DNA of 64,000 nucleotides from Desulfarculales bacterium (GTDB lineage Bacteria; Desulfobacterota; Desulfarculia; Desulfarculales; Desulfarculaceae): NCBI GenBank assembly GCA_031554335.1, contig JAVBVK010000003.1, positions 86,144 to 150,143 of the forward strand, read 5' to 3'. Shown piece by piece: positions 55,459 to 64,000 of this stretch (position 1 is its first letter; each line of letters starts with the position of its first letter). The notes under the pieces were generated by a model. It saw only the letters and a program-made list of their open reading frames with translations, ran no database searches and was not told where the DNA came from. The position numbers and the translations under genes were made by a program.

Positions 55459-56589
55459 TTAACGCCCCAGCGCTTTTAAGGTTTTGGCCAGCATGCCTGG
55501 TATTAAGGCAATGGCGTTAACCGGGCATACCTCCTGGCAGCAATAGCAGCGTATGCAGCGGCGATAGTCAAAATTAAGCTTTTTGCCGCTTTGGCTTATG
55601 CATTTTTCCGGGCAAATGCTAAGGCATTTGCCGCATAACACACAGCGGCTCAAATTTTGCGCGGGCCGCGACACCAAATAGCGCCTGGTCCAGCCCTCCA
55701 GAAAATCCGGCAGAAAACGAATACCCGCTGGCGTGGGCAGCTCCACGTCTTGCAGGGCTGTGTCTTCGATTGCCTCTCCCAGCCATAAGGGCTCGGGCCA
55801 GGGCTCGGGCAGCAAGCCTCTCCGCGCCGCGGCCTGGGCCAATGGAAATTCACGCCAGTCTAGTCCCAGCATGGCCGCTATGTTCAAATCTAAAACCAGG
55901 GGGCTTACGCCAGCGGCCAACAGGCCAAAATGCCGCGCCTTGCCGTTAGAGGGGCCGTGCCCCTCCATGCCCCACACGCCATCTAAAATGGTGAGCGCGG
56001 GTTTCAGCGTGCGCTCCACATCCAGCAGCATATCGGCAAAGGCCGTAACGTCGCGCCCGGCCATGTGGTGCCATTCGGCCTTGCGCATGCCCACCACGGC
56101 GCCAAACATGTTTTTGACGCCTAAGGTAAGCGCCATTTGGCTGTGGGTTTTAAGCTTGGGCAGGTTTATGATAATTTGCGCCTCCAAAGCATGGCGCGAT
56201 AGTTCCAGGCTTTTGTAGCGGCTGCCCGCTGGCGTTTCCACCCGTAGGGGCTCACTTAGTTCAATAAGCTCTATATTGAGATCACTGGCCACCTGGCTCA
56301 TGCCGGCGGCGGCAGCCGCTTTCTTAAAACCGTCCAAGGCGGGGCTGTCTCCCAACATAACGCGGCCGCCGGCCTCTAAGGCCAGTTCGGCCACAGCCCG
56401 CACCACAGCGGGGTCGGTGGTTATGCGGGCGCCGGGCGGGCTGGCGCTTAACAGGTTGGGCTTAAGCAGCACGCGTTGCCCTGGCTTTATAAAAGCCTTC
56501 ATACCGCCAAGGCCGCTCAATAGTTCCGCCAGGCATTCTTTAAGTTGGCTGCTATCGTAGCTGGGGCATTTTATAAAATAGGGATTCAT
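55459..56589 (-). CDS. DUF362 domain protein with C-terminal 2x[4Fe-4S] ferredoxin domain
   Basis: 'VLLKPNLL' DUF362-type N-terminus; 'CVLCGKCLSICP' and 'CIRCYCCQEVCP'. Confidence 0.75.
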   Translation of the reverse strand: MNPYFIKCPSYDSSQLKECLAELLSGLGGMKAFIKPGQRVLLKPNLLSASPPGARITTDPAVVRAVAELALEAGGRVMLGDSPALDGFKKAAAAAGMSQVASDLNIELIELSEPLRVETPAGSRYKSLELSRHALEAQIIINLPKLKTHSQMALTLGVKNMFGAVVGMRKAEWHHMAGRDVTAFADMLLDVERTLKPALTILDGVWGMEGHGPSNGKARHFGLLAAGVSPLVLDLNIAAMLGLDWREFPLAQAAARRGLLPEPWPEPLWLGEAIEDTALQDVELPTPAGIRFLPDFLEGWTRRYLVSRPAQNLSRCVLCGKCLSICPEKCISQSGKKLNFDYRRCIRCYCCQEVCPVNAIALIPGMLAKTLKALGR

Positions 56590-56708
56590 GATTTATTTAT
56601 GTACCTTGCGGCCGCTTTTTTTAAAAGTGGGCCAAGGCTGGGCTATTGTGGCATATTCGCCGGCTAAAACCCCCCTTACGGCTGGCTTTTACAAAAATTG
56701 TGACTAAA

Positions 56709-56796
56709 GTTAGTTTCGTAAATCCCCGGGGATTTAAGAAGAACGCCGCGTGAGCCTGAAGCAGACGCGTTAGCGGCCATTTATGAAATGGCCGCT
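56709..56796 (-). repeat. multi-hairpin intergenic element, copy B (inverted relative to copy A)
   Basis: The reverse complement carries AGCGGCCATTT-CAT-AAATGGCCGCT, CAGGCTCACGCGGCG and AAATCCCCGGGGATTT in the same order as 19368-19508. Confidence 0.6.
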
Positions 56797-57048
56797 AATT
56801 AAAGAAGCGAACCTGCGGCCAGCCCGGCGGTTTTAGTGCATTTCGCGCTATATTTTGGTAGATTATGCAAAGGAGGCGCAATTGGCCTTAATGGCATATT
56901 TCATGAGGCAGTTATGGCCGCGCAAGGCTGTCGCGAGCTTGCGGGCAATTGCATTAATGTTAGGCGGTTAGTGCGCACAGGTTAAATTTTTCGTATGTGC
57001 CTGGTAACATACGGCACATTTTGCGTTTGTTGTAAGGAGGTCTTTTAT

Positions 57049-59232
57049 ATGTCCAGTTCGCCGCGCAATCAGGCGCGCTTTGCCATTGCCAACGCGCATT
57101 TTGTCGAGGCCCCCCATTCGGCCAATAATCCCAGCCAGCTTTACGGGCGAGACGTGTTCAGCATGCGGGCCATGCGCGAGCGCCTGCCCAGGGATGTGTT
57201 TGGGCGTTTGTTGCAGGCCATTAAGCAGGGCAGTCCTTTGGCCGAGGGCGATGCCGATGTAATTGCCAGCGCCATGAAAGATTGGGCCATAGAACACGGC
57301 GCCACCCATTATACCCATTGGTTTCACCCCATGACCAGCCTTACCGCCGAGAAGCATGACGCCTTTACCATGCCCACGGCCGACGGCTACATGATAAACG
57401 AATTTTCGGGCAAAATGCTGATCAAAGGCGAACCCGATGCCTCCTCTTTCCCCACTGGCGGGCTGCGTTCCACTTTTGAGGCGCGCGGCTATACCGCCGG
57501 GGACCCTACCAGCCCGGCCTTTGTCATTGCCAACCGCTGGGGTAAAACGCTTTATATACCCACTATGTTCTTCTCCTATACGGGCGAGTCGCTGGACCGC
57601 AAAACCCCTCTCTTGCGCTCTATTGCGGTATTAAGCCAGCAGGCGCTGCGCATTTTGCGCATTTTCGGCAACAACAGCGCCACCTATGTACGGGCCATGG
57701 TAGGGGCCGAGCAGGAATACTTTTTGGTAGACCGCCGCCTTTTTCGCCTGCGTCTGGATTTGATGCTGGCCGGCCGCACCCTGTTCGGCGCCAAACCCAG
57801 CAAAGGGCAGGAACTGGAAGACCATTACTTCGGCGCCATCAGCCCGCGGGTGTTGGACTTCATGGGCGAGGTGGAAGAACGTTTGTTGGCCTTGGGCATA
57901 CCCGCCCGCACCCGCCACAACGAGGTGGCTCCCGGCCAGTTTGAGCTGGCGCCCTTATATGAAGAGGCCAACCTGGCCTGCGACCACAACATGTTGGTTA
58001 TGGAAGTATTGCGCGACACGGCCGAGCGCCACGGCTTTGCCTGTCTGCTGCACGAAAAGCCCTTTGCCGGGGTCAACGGTTCGGGCAAGCACAACAACTG
58101 GTCCATTTGCGACTCTGAGGGCAACAACCTGCTGGAGCCTGGCAATACCCCGCACGCCAATGCCCAGTTTCTGGTGTTTCTGGCCGCCATTTTGCGTGCC
58201 GTACATTTGCATGCGCCGCTTTTGCGCCTTGGCACCATAGGCGCGGCCAACGACCATCGCTTAGGCGCCAACGAAGCCCCGCCCGCCATTTTGTCCATCT
58301 TTTTGGGCGAGCAGCTTACTAAAATTTTGGAGAGCATTGTACAGGGCCAGGCCGACGGCTCCGGTTGGGACAGCGGGGTAACCATGCAAATAGGGGTGTC
58401 TTCCATGCCGCCTCTGCCCCGCGATATTTCCGACCGCAACCGCACCAGCCCCTTTGCTTTTACCGGCAATAAATTCGAGTTCCGCGCGGTGGGCAGCGCC
58501 CAATCTATTGCCCCGGCCAATATTGCCATAAATGTGGCGGTAAGCGGGGCGTTGGACGATATTGCCAGCGAACTGGAGGAGGCGCTGGCCAAAGGCGAGA
58601 AACTGAATGATGCGGTGCAGAAGCTGTTGTCCCGGCTGTTTAGAGAGCATTTGCCGGTAGTGTTTAACGGCAATGGTTATAGCGAACAATGGCAGCAGGA
58701 AGCGGCCCGGCGCGGGCTGCCCAACTTGAAAGATACGGTATCGGCCCTGGCCCATTACAGCGACCCGCAGGTTATTGCGGCGTTTAACCGCCATGGCGTG
58801 CTTTCCGAGCGCGAGCAACTGGCCCGTCAGGAAATACTGCTGGAAACCTACATTCGCCAAGTGCATGTGGAAACAAAAGTTACCTCGCGTCTGGGGCGTT
58901 CGGTAATTTTGCCTACAGCCCTTAGCTGGCTGAAAGAACTGGCCGAACTTAGCGCCTTAACCGAGGCTAACTATAAAAACAGTCCGGAAAAGGCCTACTA
59001 TGAACGCACCCGCAAGCATGTGCTGGCTTTAATAGAGGCGCTGGAAGCGCTGGACAAGCGTCATGCTGAGCTGGATGTTATGCATGGCATTATGATAAGA
59101 GCCCAGGCCGCGCGCGATGATCTAATTCCGCTTATGGCCAAATGCCGCGAGCGTGCTGATGCTTTAGAAGAATTGATAGACGATGCGCGCTGGCCCCTGC
59201 CCAAATATAACGAGTTGCTCTGGCAGCATTAA
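57049..59232 (+). CDS. glnN: glutamine synthetase type III
   Basis: 'NGSGKHNNWS' and ~728-aa length. ATG 57049 follows AAGGAGG. Confidence 0.9.
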   Translation: MSSSPRNQARFAIANAHFVEAPHSANNPSQLYGRDVFSMRAMRERLPRDVFGRLLQAIKQGSPLAEGDADVIASAMKDWAIEHGATHYTHWFHPMTSLTAEKHDAFTMPTADGYMINEFSGKMLIKGEPDASSFPTGGLRSTFEARGYTAGDPTSPAFVIANRWGKTLYIPTMFFSYTGESLDRKTPLLRSIAVLSQQALRILRIFGNNSATYVRAMVGAEQEYFLVDRRLFRLRLDLMLAGRTLFGAKPSKGQELEDHYFGAISPRVLDFMGEVEERLLALGIPARTRHNEVAPGQFELAPLYEEANLACDHNMLVMEVLRDTAERHGFACLLHEKPFAGVNGSGKHNNWSICDSEGNNLLEPGNTPHANAQFLVFLAAILRAVHLHAPLLRLGTIGAANDHRLGANEAPPAILSIFLGEQLTKILESIVQGQADGSGWDSGVTMQIGVSSMPPLPRDISDRNRTSPFAFTGNKFEFRAVGSAQSIAPANIAINVAVSGALDDIASELEEALAKGEKLNDAVQKLLSRLFREHLPVVFNGNGYSEQWQQEAARRGLPNLKDTVSALAHYSDPQVIAAFNRHGVLSEREQLARQEILLETYIRQVHVETKVTSRLGRSVILPTALSWLKELAELSALTEANYKNSPEKAYYERTRKHVLALIEALEALDKRHAELDVMHGIMIRAQAARDDLIPLMAKCRERADALEELIDDARWPLPKYNELLWQH

Positions 59233-59240
59233 TAAAGCGG

Positions 59241-59276
59241 CCACGGCCCGCGGATAGCAGGCGGGCCGTGGTTTTT
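59241..59276 (+). terminator. intrinsic terminator after glnN
   Basis: ccacggcccgc/gcgggccgtgg stem followed by TTTTT. Confidence 0.8.
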
Positions 59277-59392
59277 GCCTGCCTTACCCTTTGCCATACG
59301 CATTGCTGTTGATGCCGCGGGCAAATAACAACTGGCCCGCGGGCTACCCTGCCCGACGCGTTGCCGCAACCTTCAACCCAGGAGAAGCTTTT

Positions 59393-59977
59393 ATGAAAAA
59401 CAAGAGGTCTTTGGGGGCGGAACCATTTTTATATCCGTTGCCCGTGCTGCTGGTAGGCACTTATGACGGCCAAGGCAAGCCCAACCTGATGAACGCGGCC
59501 TGGGGCGGCATTTGCGGCTCTGAGCCGGTGAGCCTGTACGTTTCCATACGCCCTTCGCGCCATACCCATGATGCCCTGCTTGCGCGCAAGGCCTTTACGG
59601 TGGGCATAGCTAATACAGCTCTTGCCCAGGCCGCCGACTACTTGGGCATGGCTTCCGGCAAAAATGCCGACAAGTTTGCCGTGGCCGGCCTAACACCGAT
59701 TAGAGCGCAAAAAGTTGATGCCCCCTATGCGGCTGAATGCCCTGTGGTTTTGGAGTGCGCGTTAAGCAAAACAGTGGAGTTGGGTTCACATACCATGATG
59801 ATTGGAGCTATTTTAGATGTTAAAATAGATGAAGACTGCCTGGATGAAAACAATGCCCCCGTGCTGGCCAAGATTGATCCTTTAATTTACGATATGGGCG
59901 CCAAGAATTATCACCAGGCGGGGGGCATGGTGGCTAAAGCTTTTAACGCTGGCCGGGCCTTATTGCCTATGAAGTAA
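59393..59977 (+). CDS. flavin reductase-like FMN-binding protein
   Basis: 'PNLMNAAWGGI' and ~195 aa. ATG 59393 follows AGGAGA. Confidence 0.7.
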   Translation: MKNKRSLGAEPFLYPLPVLLVGTYDGQGKPNLMNAAWGGICGSEPVSLYVSIRPSRHTHDALLARKAFTVGIANTALAQAADYLGMASGKNADKFAVAGLTPIRAQKVDAPYAAECPVVLECALSKTVELGSHTMMIGAILDVKIDEDCLDENNAPVLAKIDPLIYDMGAKNYHQAGGMVAKAFNAGRALLPMK

Positions 59978-60008
59978 AAGCTTTCCGGCGGATGGGAAAT
60001 AACTGGCT

Positions 60009-61775
60009 ATGGATATTTTTTGCGGTATTTGGAATGCGGGCGGGCAGGCGCCCCCACAGTTTAAAGAGCGCTTGCAAAGCATAAACGCTGTGTTACCGGC
60101 CAAAGTAACGCAATATGACGATTGGGAGAGTATGTCCCTGGCCTGGCATGGAGCCGGGCTTTCAGTAAGCGAAGGGCTTGTTTTTTGCGGACGTATTTAC
60201 AATTGGCGCGAATTAATCGAGCTTTTACAGACAAAGTGTAATAACCTGGCCGAACTAACGCGTCTGCTGTTTGCGCGTGTGGGCGTAACTGAAGGCCTAC
60301 GCCGCATTAACGGCGTTTTTTCCCTGGCCTATGCCCAGCAAAACACTCTGATTTTAGCTAAAGATCATTTCGGGGTTGCCCCCATGTTCTACGCCAGTCT
60401 GAATGGTGATGTGGTCTTCAGCAATCAGCTTAGTTGGCTCAGCCACTATCCGGGCTATAATAAAAAAGTAAGCGAAGAGGCGCTATCCGCTTATATAACC
60501 TTTAACTGGGTTCCCGCCAATCTTTGTATTTATCAGGGTATTAACAAAATACCGCCTGGCCATTATGTGCAGCTCCACAAAAATTATTCGCCACAGCTAA
60601 AATGTTATTTTGACCCTGTGCAGGTGGCGCTGGCCGGACAAAGCAACCCCAGCAAACTCAGCGCCGACGACGCTGCCGCCGAACTTGGCCAGTTGTTGGC
60701 TGGCGCCATAGAATGCCGTCACGACGGCCGTTTGAGCCAAAGCCTTTTATTGTCCGGCGGCATGGATTCCTCTTTGCTGGCCGCGTTTCTGAGCCAGCGG
60801 GGAAAAGTTAACGCCTTTACCATTGGCTTTAGAGAACAAAATTTTAATGAGGCCGGCTATGCCCGCCTGGTGGCGGAAAAGCTTGATGCCAGCTATCACG
60901 AGCAACTTTTTGATGGCGCGGCCGCGCTGAAATTGCTGCCCAGGCTGGCGGGAGTGTATGAAGAGCCCTTTGCCGACCAGTCGCAAATGCCTACCATGGC
61001 GGCCATGCTGCTGGCCGCCGACAGCAAGGAGGCACTATGGCTGGGCGACGGCGGCGATGAGTTTTTTATGGGCTATCCACGCTATTTGTCGCATGCGCGC
61101 TATGCCTTGCCGCACAGCCCGGAAGACGGACGGGTTGCGCTGAAAACTTATTTACGGCACCCATGGCGCAGCTTTTTATATTTTGGTTTACACCAGCCCA
61201 TGAACTACCTCGACCGCCACCGGGCCAACCCCGAAGCTGATAAACTTGTTGTTAACTATGTGGCGCCAGACCTGGGGCTTGGTAAATACAATCATATTTA
61301 TAAGCTCAACAACCCCAGCCGGCAGGCCGCGCTTTTTGATGTGTTGACCTATCTGCCAGGCAATGGGGTAATAAAGGCCAGCCGCCTGGCCGCGAGTTTG
61401 GGCCTTGCCATTAACTGCCCGCTGCTAGACTACAACTTGTTCAGCTTTGCGCAAAAACTGCCGATTGCCATGCTGGCCGCGGGCGGGCGCGGCAAACTTA
61501 TTTTCAGGAATATGCTTTACCAATATTTCCCCGCCCAATGGATAGACCGGCCCAAAAGCGGTTTTGGCGCGCCGGTTACCCAATGGCTGCAAGACGAATT
61601 TTTAGATTTCAGGAAAAGCCTGTTAGACGAAAACGAGATAAGAGAACAAGGCTTCTTCAATTATGAGCAGATAAAGCGCTACATGGAAAGCCTGGGCAGC
61701 CGCGGCAGCTCCACCGGCAAACTGTGGGCCATTATGATGTTCCAGGTATGGGCCAAGCGCGAGGGTGTAATTTAG
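60009..61775 (+). CDS. asparagine synthase family amidotransferase (AsnB-like)
   Basis: PP-loop 'LLLSGGMDSSLLAAFL'. Ntn-glutaminase-like N-terminus 'CGIW', but preceded by MDIF. Confidence 0.85.
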   Translation: MDIFCGIWNAGGQAPPQFKERLQSINAVLPAKVTQYDDWESMSLAWHGAGLSVSEGLVFCGRIYNWRELIELLQTKCNNLAELTRLLFARVGVTEGLRRINGVFSLAYAQQNTLILAKDHFGVAPMFYASLNGDVVFSNQLSWLSHYPGYNKKVSEEALSAYITFNWVPANLCIYQGINKIPPGHYVQLHKNYSPQLKCYFDPVQVALAGQSNPSKLSADDAAAELGQLLAGAIECRHDGRLSQSLLLSGGMDSSLLAAFLSQRGKVNAFTIGFREQNFNEAGYARLVAEKLDASYHEQLFDGAAALKLLPRLAGVYEEPFADQSQMPTMAAMLLAADSKEALWLGDGGDEFFMGYPRYLSHARYALPHSPEDGRVALKTYLRHPWRSFLYFGLHQPMNYLDRHRANPEADKLVVNYVAPDLGLGKYNHIYKLNNPSRQAALFDVLTYLPGNGVIKASRLAASLGLAINCPLLDYNLFSFAQKLPIAMLAAGGRGKLIFRNMLYQYFPAQWIDRPKSGFGAPVTQWLQDEFLDFRKSLLDENEIREQGFFNYEQIKRYMESLGSRGSSTGKLWAIMMFQVWAKREGVI

Positions 61776-61857
61776 GCTTGCTTGACAAAAAGATTTCATG
61801 GCTTATTATTGGCAGCCAGTTGTAGGTGCAGTCAATCTTCAAACGCAAGGTGTAGCC

Positions 61858-62214
61858 ATGAGCCTGCCGGCCGCGTATATTCCCGCCCTGACCATTGGGC
61901 TTTTATTGTTATCCAACATTTTCATGACCTTTGCCTGGTATGGGCATCTTAAGTTTACCACAAGCCCCCTGTGGCTGGTGGTGGCGGTTAGCTGGGGCAT
62001 TGCCTTTTTCGAATACTGCCTGCAGGTGCCGGCCAACCGCTACGGCTATGGCTATTTTAACCCGGCCCAGCTCAAAACCATTCAGGAGATAATGTCGCTG
62101 TGCATCTTTATGGTGTTTTCGGTATTCTATCTCAATCAGGAACTGAAATGGAACTATGTGCTGGGCTTTGCTTTAATAGCCCTGGCTGCCTTTGTAATAT
62201 TTAAGGAGTGGTAG
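61858..62214 (+). CDS. DMT-superfamily small membrane protein (DUF486)
   Basis: 'FMTFAWYGHLKF' and four TM segments. Start taken at ATG 61858. Confidence 0.7.
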   Translation: MSLPAAYIPALTIGLLLLSNIFMTFAWYGHLKFTTSPLWLVVAVSWGIAFFEYCLQVPANRYGYGYFNPAQLKTIQEIMSLCIFMVFSVFYLNQELKWNYVLGFALIALAAFVIFKEW

Positions 62215-62790
62215 CCAGGCGCTGGCCCATGGCGCCCAAGTGGCAGAAGGCCAGGCAATAAGCCCGCGCCGCCCGGGAAAAACCCGCCGGCCCATAGATG
62301 CGCCCCCGCAACTGGCTCAACTCGAAATAAATATTGCGGCTTTGCCGCGGCTGGGCAAAATGCCAGTGCCCGCCTTGGGTTCCAAACAGCCTTCCGCGCC
62401 TTAATACCTCACTTTTATGAAAGCGAAATTCATTCATATCCAATAAGGGGGTCACAGGGGGGCGCAGGATAGGAATGCCCCCAAACTTATTGTGTAGTTA
62501 CGGCATGTTAAACATGTATGGCGCGAAGGGGGAGCCGTGAGATATATACATATCTGTGAGTTAGTCAGAACAAGCTGGTAACCTCTAATTATTTCAACGC
62601 GATAGCAATTATAATGTTTTGTATAGCCTCAGTGATACGAAAAATTTCGGTCACAGCTAAATCACCCCCGGCTAACTCACAGAAACAATCTTTCAGTTAA
62701 TTGTATGAAAAAACTGTTTATTTTTATGTTTGGGGCCTGTATGGTATACTGGCCTCAGTATCGCGCTGGTATTAAAGGTTATTGTACAAG

Positions 62791-63528
62791 ATGCTTGATC
62801 CCAACTATCCATATACTGTTTTGACTACCCCCATTATCTTTGAAGATATATTAAGAGCATGGATTGGTGAACATGATGCCAACCTGCTATTGACACAATG
62901 CGCCCACACATTGAACGGATATGGTGAATTGGCCGTGATGCTTAAAAAATACGGCTATGACGATGTTATTGATTTAGTGCGTGGCATAGAAAATCAACTG
63001 GCAATCGCAACGCAGGCTGGCAAAATTGCGCTGTATGGGAAACGAACATCAGCCGGTCATGATATGTTTTACAAGTTGTCTGGTATTCCCGGTCTGCCAA
63101 GCTATAAACCTTACCAGGGCATTGTTGAGCATTTCCAATTTCGTTTTTACCATGATAATGTCAAAAATATGCCCAGCGAACCCATGTACTTCGATACTGG
63201 CGAAATTGAGGCCACGTTTCCATTTTTGAAAAATTGCGTTGTCCAAGAGCCCATCCTCGATGATAACTCCTTGCTTAAAACTGTTTATATAGATCACAAT
63301 TTGTTTCAGGGCAAAAAGCCTGAACAAGTAGTTAACTTAATGCAAAGTTATGACAATAAATTTATAGCTCACGTTCTTGTGGAATATAATAAGGTGGACA
63401 AAACCAAAACCGGGCGTTTGTTGTATCCCGACCAGACCGGGGCACATGATGACCGGGTATACAGAGCGTACACTGACAAGTTATTAAAAGAAGCGTCATG
63501 CTTTATTATTAAGCCTGTTGATGGCTAG
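62791..63528 (+). CDS. hypothetical protein
   Basis: 245-aa ORF from the first ATG in an A+T-rich region. No motif recognised. Confidence 0.45.
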   Translation: MLDPNYPYTVLTTPIIFEDILRAWIGEHDANLLLTQCAHTLNGYGELAVMLKKYGYDDVIDLVRGIENQLAIATQAGKIALYGKRTSAGHDMFYKLSGIPGLPSYKPYQGIVEHFQFRFYHDNVKNMPSEPMYFDTGEIEATFPFLKNCVVQEPILDDNSLLKTVYIDHNLFQGKKPEQVVNLMQSYDNKFIAHVLVEYNKVDKTKTGRLLYPDQTGAHDDRVYRAYTDKLLKEASCFIIKPVDG

Positions 63529-63784
63529 TCCGCACTTCATCCGCTTTTTGTCCTCTAATCTTCCCGTAAGTTAAGCGCTTCCCCTTTATCATTAATCAGG
63601 AATTGACAGCTTCCACCAGGAAGCGGAAAGGCCTGATTATGGACGCACAAACTAAATTTTTGTCTTTGGATATAAAGGAACGCTGTCGTACAAAACCAAC
63701 ATCTGCACGGCGTGATGTGTTCAAGCCAGAGCTGGTATTGGCTAATGTCTAATATTAATTAACTTTAAGGAGGAGAATTAACTC

Positions 63785-64000
63785 ATGTGCATGCCTTTTA
63801 TGGAGCAACCGCCTTCCAATTACCCAACCATCAATGATGATGAAGGGAGTCTCTATCGTGATGAACTAGGTGTATATCGTGGAAGCCAGCCAGGATTATA
63901 TAGCAACAACCCTGTAATCTTTGAAAATAGACCAGGGTATGAAGCTTTTGGTAATAACCCCCTGGCCTATGTGCAAGGCGGGCTTACCGAAAATAAAGGG
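63785..64000 (+). CDS. hypothetical protein, 3' end outside window
   Basis: ATG 63785 preceded by AGGAGG; the frame is open to the window end ('MCMPFMEQPPSNYPTINDDEGSLYRDELG...'). Confidence 0.4.
   Translation, partial: MCMPFMEQPPSNYPTINDDEGSLYRDELGVYRGSQPGLYSNNPVIFENRPGYEAFGNNPLAYVQGGLTENKG

Noticed and set aside
56860-57048. Sigma-54 promoter upstream of glnN (e.g. CGGCACATTTTGCG at ~57012)
   Set aside because: The GG-to-GC spacing is 8 nt rather than the required 10. Other TGGC-containing sites also fail the -24/-12 spacing. The same negative result holds upstream of 3761 and 19638.
57825-58673. 282-aa and other long minus-strand ORFs inside glnN; similar cases at 22508-23227, 20978-21601, 54884-55408, 757-1389 and 2050-2508
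   Set aside because: They are antisense or out-of-frame shadows of well-supported genes in G+C-rich DNA. Their Ala/Arg/Gly/Pro-rich translations lack motifs.
62201-62455. 84-aa minus-strand ORF overlapping the end of the DUF486 gene
   Set aside because: It has no start context or recognisable motif and overlaps the neighbouring stop. It is more likely a relic or a chance ORF, so I did not call it.
62553-62683. Retron-like msr/msd locus suggested by the flanking 12-bp inverted repeats
   Set aside because: The downstream 245-aa ORF has no reverse-transcriptase motifs (no YxDD), and no RT gene is visible before the window ends.

Overview
The window has a conserved chromosomal backbone, apparently from an anaerobic bacterium, interrupted by at least two accessory regions. 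Backbone genes include uppP, a mannose-6-P isomerase and phosphomannomutase, and an alpha-glucan cluster (glgB plus two GH57 genes). They also include aqpZ, rfbBD, greA, iorAB, type III glutamine synthetase and an AsnB-like amidotransferase. All calls come from motifs read by eye in the supplied ORF translations; no database search was possible.

Accessory region 1 (about 18.6-29.1 kb) is a tightly packed nine-gene operon. It joins an uncharacterised nucleotidyltransferase, an HPr-kinase-like P-loop protein and a PqqD-like protein to an Fe-S/FrhB-like::GT2 fusion, two more GT2s, a pyruvyl transferase and an MsbA-type ABC exporter. Decayed genes flank it on both sides: a PP-loop fragment and an IS256-type transposase remnant.

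Accessory region 2 (29118-45528) is a roughly 16.4 kb integrative mobilizable element inserted in the 3' end of tRNA-Phe(GAA). It is bounded by exact 51-bp direct repeats and is visibly more A+T-rich than the backbone. It carries integrase, excisionase-like HTH, relaxase, MobC and a putative Rep. Its cargo is the strongest candidate for a novel system:
- a co-directional SNF2 helicase - Type III Mod - unknown 220-aa ORF - Type III Res cassette, with overlapping or abutting gene junctions from mod through res;
- an XRE/ImmA regulatory pair;
- a DUF4417 / Gly-rich basic / acidic three-gene cassette joined by 1-nt stop/start overlaps.

Other observations are two tRNAs, several intrinsic terminators, a multi-hairpin element shared by two unrelated operon leaders, and a second A+T-rich region of unknown genes at the 3' edge. 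No CRISPR array or rRNA was seen.
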